Shown: piece after piece, positions 36,997-46,420 of the stretch
Layout of the letters: the number at the start of each line of letters is the position of its first letter
How positions within the stretch are numbered: the first letter of the stretch is position 1
DNA from: an uncultured Dehalococcoidia bacterium
Lineage (GTDB): Bacteria; Chloroflexota; Dehalococcoidia; Lucifugimonadales; UBA1127
Direction of reading: 5' to 3'
NCBI GenBank assembly: GCA_964625945.1
Contig: CAZVDP010000015.1
Coordinates: 6,703-70,702 of the forward strand
DNA length: 64,000 bases
Notes under the pieces: generated by a model
Databases searched by the model: none
What the model saw: the letters and a program-made list of their open reading frames with translations, nothing else
Told to the model about the DNA's origin: nothing
Translations under genes and position numbers: made by a program

Positions 36997-37602
36997 ATGG
37001 ATTTATTTGACGCTATCCGTAGCCAGAGAGCTATTCGCCGTTATACCGACGACCCTGTACCCATGGATTTGATCCACCGCATTCTTGAATTCGCAGTCAG
37101 AGCGCCAAGTGGGGGCAATCAGCAACCCTGGAGCTTCATCGTGATTACAAATCCATCATTAAAAGCGCGCATCTCTGTTTTCTACCGCCGTTCTTGGGAT
37201 GAAGTTTATGGCCCACCGGAACGTGCCGCTACGCTGTCCCAACAAGTTCTTAGTTCCGCCTCAGGCTTAGCAGAAAATATGGCTGAGGCTCCTGTACTGA
37301 TCATGGCATGCATCAAACACGACGGGTCACCCAGTAGCCTAGGTAGAGGGGCTTCTATCTATCCAGCAGTACAAAACTTGATGCTAGCCGCCAGAGGTTT
37401 GGGATTAGGAACAGCCCTAACCACGCTCCACAAGAGATACGAGGCAGAGATCAAGAACTTGCTTGATATACCTGATAATGTAGAAACGGCAGCCCTAATA
37501 CCTGTTGGGTACCCTGCCAGCCCAGAACATTTTGGAGGGAGTCGGCGGCGGCCCGTCCTTGAACTCACATATCTCGAGCAATGGGGAAAGCCGGCCGCTT
37601 AA
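36997..37602 (+). CDS. Nitroreductase-family protein
   Basis: RSQRAIRRYTDDPVP and APSGGNQQPW, typical of FMN nitroreductases. Confidence 0.8.
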   Translation: MDLFDAIRSQRAIRRYTDDPVPMDLIHRILEFAVRAPSGGNQQPWSFIVITNPSLKARISVFYRRSWDEVYGPPERAATLSQQVLSSASGLAENMAEAPVLIMACIKHDGSPSSLGRGASIYPAVQNLMLAARGLGLGTALTTLHKRYEAEIKNLLDIPDNVETAALIPVGYPASPEHFGGSRRRPVLELTYLEQWGKPAA

Positions 37603-37611
37603 CTATCCCCA

Positions 37612-40600
37612 CTATACAGTAAGACGTTTGTAAAGCTCAGGCAATCTTTGGGGAAGTGAACTTATATCGGCGAGCACTTCATAGCCCATATCGCCGCACA
37701 TAGCCTTTAAATAGTCATGCCCCGTACGGTCCACTGTGAGACAGAATGGAGTAATATCTTTACGCTTAGCCTCTACTAAAGCTTGATGCGTATCATGGAC
37801 CGCATACTCCTTTTCAACACCTTCTCGACTATATCCTCGATCTTGGGGCCGCCCATCACTGATAAGAAATAGAACCTTGGTTTTTGCACTAACCCTATCC
37901 AGCAATGTGGTAGCATGACGAATGGCTGGACCCATTCGAGTCGCATGCAACGGGGAAACCCGATCAATCCTGCGACGCACCGGATCGTTCAAGTATTCGT
38001 CTAGACCTTTAATTACATAGAATTCGACGTTCTCGCGGCCGTAGCCTGAGAAACCATATATACCGTACTGATCACCCAATGTTTCCAACGCTTGGATCAG
38101 CAGCACAATGCTTTCTTTTTCCAAATCGATGATCCTCTTATACGACCTTCGTGTTACCTCGCCACGCCTAGTCCGTAACCAAAGCATGTATTCGACAGGA
38201 TCATTGGGTGCATTCCAGTCATCACGACGACTTTCCTCGATAGCTTCTGCCGTAGAAGCACTCATATCAAGGAGGAATAAGACAGCTACATCACGTTCAA
38301 CTTTATTACGACGCCAATACACTTTGTCCGAAGCGTATCCACCAGCCCTAAGATCGATCATCGAGTCAACAACAGCATCAAGATCAAAGTCTTCCCCATC
38401 TGCCAATGGTCTGACCTTGCGAAAGTTCTCCGGAACAACTCGCTCAAACTGTCGACGGATCTGCGTCACCAATGAAGCGTTGTCCTGCAAAGTCTGGTTC
38501 CAAAAAGTCACTTCTCCTTGAACAACTTGCTTCTCTCTCACCAAACACCAACTGGGTTTGTAATCATCGGCGCGGAAATCCCATTCATCGTATAGGTAAG
38601 CATTAGCCTCAGCACGCTGGAGTGGCCCTCCATCTTCATCCATGTGAACAAAGGAACCCTGACCTGTTGAGGAACTCTGAGGGGGCATTTTCAAGCCAAC
38701 ACTACGCATAAGATTGGCTGCGAGCTCGCTGTTTTGCAGAGTCTCGCCCTGCGCTGTTTCCAATTCGGCATTATCCTCAAGGACTTGCTCTAGCAATGAC
38801 TGAGTCGTGGCAGAATCTTGCTCATCCCCTCGATCTTGCGATTCTTTAAGCTTATTAATCAATTGGACAAGCTCTGGTTTAAAATCGCCCCGGTAATCAA
38901 CTTGCTGAGGCGAATCATATGATTCTTGTTCTGCATCCCCCGATTGGGGTTCTTCACCAGCAACTAATTGCGGCGTAAGGCTGTCCAAGTAGCTATCATA
39001 GGCCTCGTCTTCTTCGGCTTCCTCATTTTCGTCCTCAGAAGCGTCAAAATCTTGCCATTCATCGTTTTGAAGTTCTTCATTAGGTATTTGTGACAGGACA
39101 GCATACAAACGAAGTGTGGCTTCACCCACGTCCTCAACAGTAGCAAGTGGCGCCTGGATTAAACGTAGAATCCGTAGTATGGCCCTGGATTCAGGGTCAC
39201 GGCCATGCGGTATCACAAGATCGGACTCCTGGCCCAAACTAAGGCGTACCATAACCTCGACCAATGCCTCTCTTGCGGGTAGGTCTTGAATTGATGGACG
39301 TCCAGGAAGGGAATCCCGTTGGACTCGCCGATAGTGTGGTCGAAGACCGGCGTATTCGGTTAGCACACGCGCATCTAGTCGTGCATCTTCTAGAATCGTA
39401 AAAATGTCTAAAGCCAATTTCCGATCGGGGAAAAGAGCAAAGAACCGGTGCATGTCAGTTTCCCATGGGGATTCTACATCCAAGCCACCCGTAGAGGGGG
39501 CAGGGTCGAGATGAGATAATCGAGGTCGCAAATCGCGGAAATGGACCGACGGGCGCTCGAATTCAAAATCAAAACTACCATACTCCAGATGGCCAATTTG
39601 ATGGGTGGCGATTACTTTGATCAGCCCAAAGTTCTCGATCTTGGATTTATAGCGACCCTCGATTTCAGGCAGGTACACTGTAGCTCCTTCGGTAGTTGGG
39701 CGTTCCGCTTCAACCCAACCGATTCCACGTTGCACCAAGTCCTTTGTAGGGGCAATTTCAATTTGACTACCAACAAGGGCTCGGCAATAGAGCTTTATCA
39801 ATTCCTTGACACGACCAAGTTCTACCACGGCCGAAAGAGAATCGACTAATTCCTGAGATTTTGCTGATTCAAGACGGAAATACGCCATGCCGCCTTCTTT
39901 ATTGGACGCGAGTAACTGAACCCCATAGTCAAACCACACGTTCAACTCCTGGTCACTAATGCGGCCTAGGATTGCCGGGCTATTCCGTACGAAATCGAGA
40001 ACGGCGGGAGGGTGCAATTGTATTAAGTCTTCAGCGAGACCGAACACTACCTGCTGAACACGGGGACTAAGCTGAGCGAAACCAGTCGAGCTCTCCAACA
40101 AGAATTTCGGGATGCCACGTTCTCCAGATTTGCTAAGCCGCTCTGCCATTATCAAAAACCGGGCGCGCTCGCTCTCTCTAAGCTTTGGCAGTCCACTGTT
40201 AGCTGCTTCTAAACAACCTTTGGAATCCCTCCAGCTAATGTCCACAATTGTGGTCAACAGCGAGATCAAGAGCCCTTTTTCATCTCCTAATCTAGCGAAA
40301 GCATCCTTGCCCAGAGACAAACATTCTTGTGCAAGATCATTCGAGCGACTGGACAACGCTTCAAGAAACCCAGCAAATCGCTCAAGCTCGGCGTAGGTTA
40401 TGTAATTCAAAACTTCTGGCGTGATCTCGAAGAACTTGCAAGCTAAAGATGTAGATTTCCATGTCCCCTTATAGAAACTTTGGCCAAGTTTGCCCCACAA
40501 AATGATCTCATGCTGACGTACACCTAAAACCGATGAGCTCGAGCGTAAATACGCCACTGCAACCGAGGGTGATCGTTGACTAATGACGTGACCTAACTCG

Positions 40601-40854
40601 CCCCATTCTAGTAACGTGGGTACTGAATAGTTATCAAGAATCGTGGGACTCGACTGGAAATACTCTATTGCAACTTCCCAAGCTCGGGCTCCCTGTTCGG
40701 CAACAGCTAGCCCACAGGCCGCCCATTGTTCAAGCTCATCAGGCGTCATTTTCAACCGGAGATGATCAATCGCTGCACGATATTCTTGACTAAGCGACAC
40801 AGGAAACACAGCTAGCCTAGTTTCAATTTGGCCGAGGCGAGGGTCGTGGTTCAT
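37612..40854 (-). CDS. 1080-aa NorD/CbbO-like protein with a C-terminal von Willebrand factor A domain
   Basis: C-terminal VWA with the MIDAS motif DMSAS (nt 38254-38268), then GFSG...ATRMG...LISDGRPQD. It has an N-terminal helical region of about 590 aa and an acidic linker of about 120 aa (nt 38725-39081). Its start overlaps the Nudix stop. Confidence 0.8.
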   Translation of the reverse strand: MNHDPRLGQIETRLAVFPVSLSQEYRAAIDHLRLKMTPDELEQWAACGLAVAEQGARAWEVAIEYFQSSPTILDNYSVPTLLEWGELGHVISQRSPSVAVAYLRSSSSVLGVRQHEIILWGKLGQSFYKGTWKSTSLACKFFEITPEVLNYITYAELERFAGFLEALSSRSNDLAQECLSLGKDAFARLGDEKGLLISLLTTIVDISWRDSKGCLEAANSGLPKLRESERARFLIMAERLSKSGERGIPKFLLESSTGFAQLSPRVQQVVFGLAEDLIQLHPPAVLDFVRNSPAILGRISDQELNVWFDYGVQLLASNKEGGMAYFRLESAKSQELVDSLSAVVELGRVKELIKLYCRALVGSQIEIAPTKDLVQRGIGWVEAERPTTEGATVYLPEIEGRYKSKIENFGLIKVIATHQIGHLEYGSFDFEFERPSVHFRDLRPRLSHLDPAPSTGGLDVESPWETDMHRFFALFPDRKLALDIFTILEDARLDARVLTEYAGLRPHYRRVQRDSLPGRPSIQDLPAREALVEVMVRLSLGQESDLVIPHGRDPESRAILRILRLIQAPLATVEDVGEATLRLYAVLSQIPNEELQNDEWQDFDASEDENEEAEEDEAYDSYLDSLTPQLVAGEEPQSGDAEQESYDSPQQVDYRGDFKPELVQLINKLKESQDRGDEQDSATTQSLLEQVLEDNAELETAQGETLQNSELAANLMRSVGLKMPPQSSSTGQGSFVHMDEDGGPLQRAEANAYLYDEWDFRADDYKPSWCLVREKQVVQGEVTFWNQTLQDNASLVTQIRRQFERVVPENFRKVRPLADGEDFDLDAVVDSMIDLRAGGYASDKVYWRRNKVERDVAVLFLLDMSASTAEAIEESRRDDWNAPNDPVEYMLWLRTRRGEVTRRSYKRIIDLEKESIVLLIQALETLGDQYGIYGFSGYGRENVEFYVIKGLDEYLNDPVRRRIDRVSPLHATRMGPAIRHATTLLDRVSAKTKVLFLISDGRPQDRGYSREGVEKEYAVHDTHQALVEAKRKDITPFCLTVDRTGHDYLKAMCGDMGYEVLADISSLPQRLPELYKRLTV

Positions 40855-41456
40855 AATAACGCTCCCTCCGGTAACCGTTCCGCAACCATACGCATGAACC
40901 TGCCAAGGATTCTGGCTGTCGCTCCATGAATAACACGCCCACCATATACGAATGAATACCTCTTCCGCAATGATCCGTCTTCCAAAACAGCCTCTTGACG
41001 GAACCCTCCTTCAGAACGGAACGCTGATAGAGGAACCTCGATGACCTCAGAGACCTCATCGGAATTAATCTGAAATCTGTAACAGGAAGGAATGTAGCCC
41101 ACAACCGGCCATATCTGGAAACCGGAATTCGTCGATACTGGGTGCAGTTGCCCAACGATCTTAACGTCGTCAGGAATGATCCCGAGCTCTTCGAAGGCTT
41201 CTCTCAATGCGGTCCTTTGAATGTCGATATCAGACGGTTCTTTCACTCCCCCCGGGAAACACATCTCATCTTTATGCTGTGCGACCCGCAAACTTCTCCG
41301 GGTTAAAACGACTGAAAGCCCGCTACTCTCATACGAAATTGGAAGGAGAACCCCTGCCTGAACTACCTCTTTGTCAGGATACGCCAAATCAGGGACATAC
41401 GGCCAAGGGAGGCTGCGTAAGATTCCGAGTGGGCTGAAGGTGATCGGACCCTTCAT
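40851..41456 (-). CDS. Nudix hydrolase, CoA pyrophosphatase-like
   Basis: Nudix box ...[33 protein letters not shown]-x11-FPGG matches the spacing of the CoA-pyrophosphatase (NudL/NUDT7) signature. Confidence 0.75.
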   Translation of the reverse strand: MKGPITFSPLGILRSLPWPYVPDLAYPDKEVVQAGVLLPISYESSGLSVVLTRRSLRVAQHKDEMCFPGGVKEPSDIDIQRTALREAFEELGIIPDDVKIVGQLHPVSTNSGFQIWPVVGYIPSCYRFQINSDEVSEVIEVPLSAFRSEGGFRQEAVLEDGSLRKRYSFVYGGRVIHGATARILGRFMRMVAERLPEGALL

Positions 41457-42346
41457 TCAAAGATCGATGCGACAACTTCCTCGATACTATTCTGTACCTG
41501 GAGATCGTCGACTACAGCCCAGACAATCGCGGCACGACAAGCATCGCGAGCTGGGATTCCTCGCCTGATTAACTTACCCGCATAAATCAGGAGTCGCGTG
41601 CTCGCGCCCTCTTGCAATCCATGATCTTTAAGGTGGCGGACTTTCGCTCCTAACTTCGCAAGTTGTGAAGCGATTCCAATATCTACTCCAGCTTCATGAG
41701 CAACAATTTGTGCTTCAACTTCCTCTGGGGGATACTCGAAGTCAATTGCTACGAATCGTTGACGCGTAGATTGCTTTAAATCCTTAATGGCACTTTGGTA
41801 ACCCGGATTATATGAAATCACCAGAAGGAAGCCTTCATGTGCTTCAATTAAGGTGCCTCGTTTTTCTACTGGCAAAATCCTCCGATGATCCGTAAGAGGG
41901 TGAATAAGTACTGTAGTATCTTTCCTAGCCTCTACAACTTCATCAAGATAACAAATTCCTCCAGATTTAACCGCAAGACTTAAAGGGCCATCCACCCATC
42001 GAGTGCCGTCTGCGTCGATTAGGTAACGACCTACCAAGTCGCTACCAGTAAGATCTTCATGGCATGCGACAGTGATCAGCGGAATAGACTGCTGGTCCTT
42101 TTTGCGATTACCGCGCTTTCGTCCCTGTGCATGACTTAATCGATATGCCATGTATTCAACGAATCGCGTTTTCCCACACCCTGTAGGGCCCTTAAGAATA
42201 ACGGGGATTCGTTCAGCATAAGCGGCCTCGAAAAGTTCAATCTCATCGCCTTGCGGTAGATAGTAAGGCTCTGCATCAACTAAATATTCTTCAATCCGCA
42301 GCTCGTTGTGATACAGTACGGACCGCTTTTCTTTCAGCATGATCAA
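41453..42346 (-). CDS. MoxR-class AAA+ ATPase of the CbbQ/NirQ/NorQ type
   Basis: Walker [11 protein letters not shown], Walker B CYLDEV, and an N-terminal PYYLPQGDE segment typical of CbbQ/NorQ. 297 aa. Confidence 0.85.
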   Translation of the reverse strand: MIMLKEKRSVLYHNELRIEEYLVDAEPYYLPQGDEIELFEAAYAERIPVILKGPTGCGKTRFVEYMAYRLSHAQGRKRGNRKKDQQSIPLITVACHEDLTGSDLVGRYLIDADGTRWVDGPLSLAVKSGGICYLDEVVEARKDTTVLIHPLTDHRRILPVEKRGTLIEAHEGFLLVISYNPGYQSAIKDLKQSTRQRFVAIDFEYPPEEVEAQIVAHEAGVDIGIASQLAKLGAKVRHLKDHGLQEGASTRLLIYAGKLIRRGIPARDACRAAIVWAVVDDLQVQNSIEEVVASIFE

Positions 42347-42948
42347 CCTTTCCTAGACAGAATTCGTTCGTCCCAGATTTCTCCAGCTCGACTGCACAGA
42401 TCTTTAAGGCTCCCACAATTTTCAATGACGGCGGTAGCATGAATCACTTTGTCAGCATCAGATAACTGTGACCGTACTCGAGATATCGCATCGTCGTATG
42501 CCAATTGATTCCTAGCCATCAGGCGTGACACTACGTCCTTTTCAGGGGCCACAGTAACCCAGATTTCGTCTACAAGATCAGTCCAACCTGCTTCAATCAG
42601 TAAGGCGGCCTCCAGAATGATAATATCGTCTCCTTCCGCCTCACGTCTCGCGATTTCAGTTGTTGCCAGCTCAAAGAGCGTCGGGAACATTATTCTATTG
42701 AGCTTATCAAGGGCAGCAGGATCACTGAATACGATTGCTCCAAGCACCTGACGGTTAATCTTCCCCCCGGGAGAGAGGATGCGCTTCCCAAAGGCCTCCA
42801 CTACCTGACGCCACGTTACGGTATGCGGTCGATAGGCTTGATGGCCTAACTCATCCACACTGATCCACGCCGCCCCGAGACCTGCGAGGACTCTCGCTAC
42901 CTCACTCTTACCGGTTCCTATGCCGCCTGTGAGACCGATGACAACCAT
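42343..42948 (-). CDS. coaE: Dephospho-CoA kinase
   Basis: [13 protein letters not shown]-loop. I prefer the ATG at 42948 after AGGAGA; the ORF can extend to a GTG at 42978. Confidence 0.9.
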   Translation of the reverse strand: MVVIGLTGGIGTGKSEVARVLAGLGAAWISVDELGHQAYRPHTVTWRQVVEAFGKRILSPGGKINRQVLGAIVFSDPAALDKLNRIMFPTLFELATTEIARREAEGDDIIILEAALLIEAGWTDLVDEIWVTVAPEKDVVSRLMARNQLAYDDAISRVRSQLSDADKVIHATAVIENCGSLKDLCSRAGEIWDERILSRKG

Positions 42949-43044
42949 CCGTCTCCTGTCACGTTTTCTACTCCTCACCTAGCATCTTAACTCTACGCTG
43001 CGAATCTTAGCTGGTCAAGATTTGTCGGATTTAATGTTCGCGTC

Positions 43045-43695
43045 TCATGTCGACCAAACAATCCCCATAACCAACGCGCTACCTAAAGGAACCGTAAAGT
43101 TATCGTTAATCGGCACAGGAAGCCCTTCAATCAGAGTTGCAATCCCAGCACCTAATATGACAATCCAAAACGACGTAACTAGGCCTTGTGACCAAAACAG
43201 AATTCCCACTAGCAACGATGCGCCCAAAAAAGCTGCACTGCCTTCTAAGGTCTTTACTTTTAAATTCCTAAACAACGCTATAGGCAGTCGTACTCTACCT
43301 ATGGTGGACCCAACCACCCCGGCCGCGGGATCGCCTAACGCTACGAAAAAGAGTGCTAAACAAGATATTGGTAATGGGAAGAGGTTTACCACTATCGCAG
43401 AGGACACTGCAAGATAGCTGGCTCCGGTAATTGCTCCAGTAACTTCGTCAGCACGCAGAATCCTCCGAAATATTACTAAGAACAAATTCCGAAAACAATG
43501 AGAGGTCTTCCGGAAAAATTCCACGCACACTAGCAACCCTGCGATAGCGATACTGGCTATTTGAACTACATCTATTGGTGCGATCAGCGCAGCGACCGGG
43601 AGGATCGAACCGCCCCCCGCATGAACCACGCTTCTCCCCAGTTGTATGGAACTATAATCCCGCAATGCCTGGACCTGACCTCCACCAAACGCCAT
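43045..43695 (-). CDS. Polyprenol/phytol/dolichol kinase-family membrane protein (COG0170, CTP-dependent)
   Basis: Multi-TM protein with GDPAAGVVG, KTLEGSAAF and DNFTVP motifs. Confidence 0.6.
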   Translation of the reverse strand: MAFGGGQVQALRDYSSIQLGRSVVHAGGGSILPVAALIAPIDVVQIASIAIAGLLVCVEFFRKTSHCFRNLFLVIFRRILRADEVTGAITGASYLAVSSAIVVNLFPLPISCLALFFVALGDPAAGVVGSTIGRVRLPIALFRNLKVKTLEGSAAFLGASLLVGILFWSQGLVTSFWIVILGAGIATLIEGLPVPINDNFTVPLGSALVMGIVWST

Positions 43696-43805
43696 TGAAC
43701 TGTAATATGTTTCATATCTGCGTGTGTCAGTGCGACACCAACCCGCGAGGATTATAACCCTCGCATAAAGACGGATAAAGTCAATTGCTCAAATGACGGA
43801 ATCGG

Positions 43806-43834
43806 TTGACTGGGTGGAATGGTACAATTACACT
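43806..43834 (+). promoter_or_regulatory. Candidate promoter for trxA-selC
   Basis: TTGACT (43806-43811), 17-nt spacer, TACACT (43829-43834). An overlapping extended -10 (TGgTACAAT) lies at 43820-43828. Confidence 0.4.
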
Positions 43835-43966
43835 GGAACAATGGGCGATTGGAGGTGGCTTCACCCCGTTCTCAATCGTCGTGATCAAACCTCAGAGGTA
43901 AAACTAAGAGTTTACTACCTCTAAAGCAAGTTCACATGCTATCCAAAATCATCTGGAGGTTCCAAT

Positions 43967-44299
43967 ATGGCCAAACCAATCGCTGTAACCGACGGAGAAT
44001 TTGACACCCAAGTCTTACAGTCAGATGTCCCAGTTCTCGTAGATTTCTGGGCAGAGTGGTGTCAGCCTTGTAAAATGATCGCCCCAATTGTTGACCAACT
44101 TTCAGAAGAATACGAAGGTAGGGTGAAGTTCACAAAAATGGATGTCGATACTAACCCTCAAACGCCTGCTTCATTCGGTATTCGAGGAATCCCAACACTT
44201 CTAATCTTTCGCGGCGGACAACCGGTTGAGCAAGTTGTCGGAGCCGTTCCCAAAGCACTACTTAAGAAACGACTTGACTCAGCACTCTCGGACGGATAG
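43967..44299 (+). CDS. trxA: Thioredoxin (active site WCQPC)
   Basis: 110 aa with VLVDFWAEWCQPCK and GIRGIPTLLIF. GGAGG lies upstream of the ATG. Confidence 0.9.
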   Translation: MAKPIAVTDGEFDTQVLQSDVPVLVDFWAEWCQPCKMIAPIVDQLSEEYEGRVKFTKMDVDTNPQTPASFGIRGIPTLLIFRGGQPVEQVVGAVPKALLKKRLDSALSDG

Positions 44300-44314
44300 A
44301 AACTCACATTGTCT

Positions 44315-44408
44315 GGGAGTGAATAGGGCCCGGTGGCCCTTGCGGTCTTCAACACCGTCGTGTCCGCGATGAGCGGACAGGTGGGTTCGACTCCCTCTCA
44401 CTCCCGCC
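44315..44408 (+). tRNA. selC: tRNA-Sec (selenocysteine, anticodon UCA)
   Basis: 8-bp acceptor stem (GGGAGTGA/TCACTCCC), 6-bp D-stem with 4-nt loop (AGGGCC-CGGT-GGCCCT), and anticodon loop CT-TCA-AC. It also has a 7-bp variable arm (TGTCCGC-GATGA-GCGGACA), T-loop TTCGACT and discriminator G. Confidence 0.85.
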
Positions 44409-44508
44409 GGATTTGAGAAGCCCAACTTAAGATCGATTCACTTCTCAACTTACCTCGAAACGAATCCTTATACTGCCAAAAGTCCTGGACATGGGCTGAG
44501 TCAATCCA

Positions 44509-45090
44509 TCAAGGAGCCAATGTCTCCTTTAGCTTTTGACGCATACTCAAAGGGATCTCAACCTGTACGTTGTATCTCGGGTGATTAACAAATACGGTAA
44601 CAGGACTAGATAGGTTCTGAAACTCCTCCCGGACCCTTGGGGCAAGATAAAACCTCAAGTAATGCACGCTACTGGTGCGCCCATTAGAAGTCCGACCATC
44701 TTCCCCCAGCGCCGAAACCGTAAAGAAGTTGCCAACAGCAATCCCGACCGAATCTTCAATCCCGGCCAATTCTGACAAACGCGACTTTATCTGTTCCTGG
44801 TTGGTGATTTCGATAAATAAGGTCGCTACGAGCTCACCCTCGGCAGGAATTAAGCTGTTGTATGCGTCTAGTTCGTCTTGTATTCTCTCGGGATCTGTAA
44901 TCCGCTCTGCACGAAGCATCTCTTGGATTTGATACCAAACGGTACGACGGTTCTCAAAAGCCAACGACAAAATCGACCCTAGAGACAACCGAAGGGTTCG
45001 TCGCAGTAATATTAGTTCGTTCTGAATCTCAGGGCGACAAGCTTCGTATTCATCGAGCCCGATCAGCTCTGTAATAGTCACTACCCCCAA
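44509..45090 (-). CDS. DUF3501-family protein
   Basis: TTG start after GAGGAG. Has FENRRTVWYQIQEMLRAERI and AYNSLIP motifs as I recall them for DUF3501. Confidence 0.7.
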   Translation of the reverse strand: MGVVTITELIGLDEYEACRPEIQNELILLRRTLRLSLGSILSLAFENRRTVWYQIQEMLRAERITDPERIQDELDAYNSLIPAEGELVATLFIEITNQEQIKSRLSELAGIEDSVGIAVGNFFTVSALGEDGRTSNGRTSSVHYLRFYLAPRVREEFQNLSSPVTVFVNHPRYNVQVEIPLSMRQKLKETLAP

Positions 45091-45102
45091 CAGTAACTCC
45101 TC

Positions 45103-46362
45103 TTAATCTATCCCGTAGGCACGATAAACGATTTCTATCGGATGTAATACTTCTTGCCCAGTCGCCTGAGTAATCTGAAGGGCGGCCAACGAGCAATCAG
45201 TCACAACTACGTCCGATTGCCCTTCATCAATTGCTTCGAACAGTCTCCGTCCAACTTTCATGCCGAGATCATAGTTTTTTGCTTTCATCCCCCATGTACC
45301 ATCGTGACCTGAGCACCCTCGATCGATCGCCTCCACCGTCGTCCCAGGAATTAACTCGAGAAGACGAGGTGTTAAGCTACCCATCTGTTGATATCGCAAG
45401 TGGCACGGCATATGGTATGCAATTGTTCCAGGATTCCAACGGAAATCTTCTATCAGATCCCCTTGTTTATGAAGCATTAGCAAATATTCGCTAATATCAT
45501 ATGTGTTCTCTGATACTAGCCTCGCATCATCGGTCCCTAAGAGCTTCGGATACTCCTTTTTCAGCATCATCCCACATGTCGGTTCCGGAACAACAATTAC
45601 GCTCCCGTCTCGCACCCATTCGACTAACGACGCAACATTCTTTTCCATAAGCCCTAAAGCGTGTTCCATCGCGCCCATATCAATGTAAGGCATCCCGCAA
45701 TCACTCTGGGTGGGCAATGTCACTTCAACTCCATTGTGTTCCAACACCTTCACCGCAGCGATCCCGATATCTGGCCTATTATGATTGACTAAGCATGTAT
45801 GAAAAAACGCGACTTTACCATTGTGACGAGGTCGACGTTTGTTGACCCGAACCGAAGCTCGTTTGCGAAACCATCGTGTGAAGGTCTGCCAATGGAAGCT
45901 TGGTAAAATCGCCCGGCGATCAAGCCCAATAAATTTTTCAAGGAGAAGACGAGTCGGGGGCAGCCGATTGAGAACATTTATAACTGGGGCAGCGAAACTA
46001 CCGAGAACGTTCACACGTTCGACATCGCCAATGAGACGATCCCTGAGGGGGATGCCATGAGTTTTCGCATTGACTGCCTTAGACCGCCGGAGGAGCCCGG
46101 GTATATCAATATCCCACTCGTGCGGAAAGGTGTAGGGACATTTCAGGTAGCACAACTCACATAAATAGCAAAGTTCAGTAACTTGACGAGCCTCAGCCAC
46201 AGAGATATCTTTGGCTTCGCCATCATGTCCATCAATGGCATCGAACATTGCGGGGAAAGAGGGGCAGAAGTTCAAGCACATACGGCACGAGCCGCAGATA
46301 TCAAACTGCCTTATCGTCTCTTGACGCAATGCCGTGCTGTCCCAGAATCCCACTGGCAGCAC
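45103..46362 (-). CDS. Fe-S oxidoreductase, heterodisulfide-reductase-related (2x[4Fe-4S] plus two CCG-like domains; GlpC/HdrD-like)
   Basis: CGSCRMCLNFCP and CYLCELCYLKCP ferredoxin motifs, with Cys-rich CCG-like repeats downstream. GTG start after AGGAGGG. Confidence 0.8.
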   Translation of the reverse strand: MLPVGFWDSTALRQETIRQFDICGSCRMCLNFCPSFPAMFDAIDGHDGEAKDISVAEARQVTELCYLCELCYLKCPYTFPHEWDIDIPGLLRRSKAVNAKTHGIPLRDRLIGDVERVNVLGSFAAPVINVLNRLPPTRLLLEKFIGLDRRAILPSFHWQTFTRWFRKRASVRVNKRRPRHNGKVAFFHTCLVNHNRPDIGIAAVKVLEHNGVEVTLPTQSDCGMPYIDMGAMEHALGLMEKNVASLVEWVRDGSVIVVPEPTCGMMLKKEYPKLLGTDDARLVSENTYDISEYLLMLHKQGDLIEDFRWNPGTIAYHMPCHLRYQQMGSLTPRLLELIPGTTVEAIDRGCSGHDGTWGMKAKNYDLGMKVGRRLFEAIDEGQSDVVVTDCSLAALQITQATGQEVLHPIEIVYRAYGID

Positions 46363-46420
46363 CGGCTTACCCTCCTATATGAAGAGATTCCCGCAAGAAG
46401 CCTCTGATTCGCACAACCGA

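Noticed and set aside
37612-42346. Calling the AAA+/VWA pair a CbbQ/CbbO Rubisco activase or NorQ/NorD
   Set aside because: No RuBisCO, carboxysome, nor, nir or cox genes are in the window. Assigning either specific function from family resemblance alone would be over-annotation, so I kept it as a CbbQ/NorQ-type pair with an unknown client.
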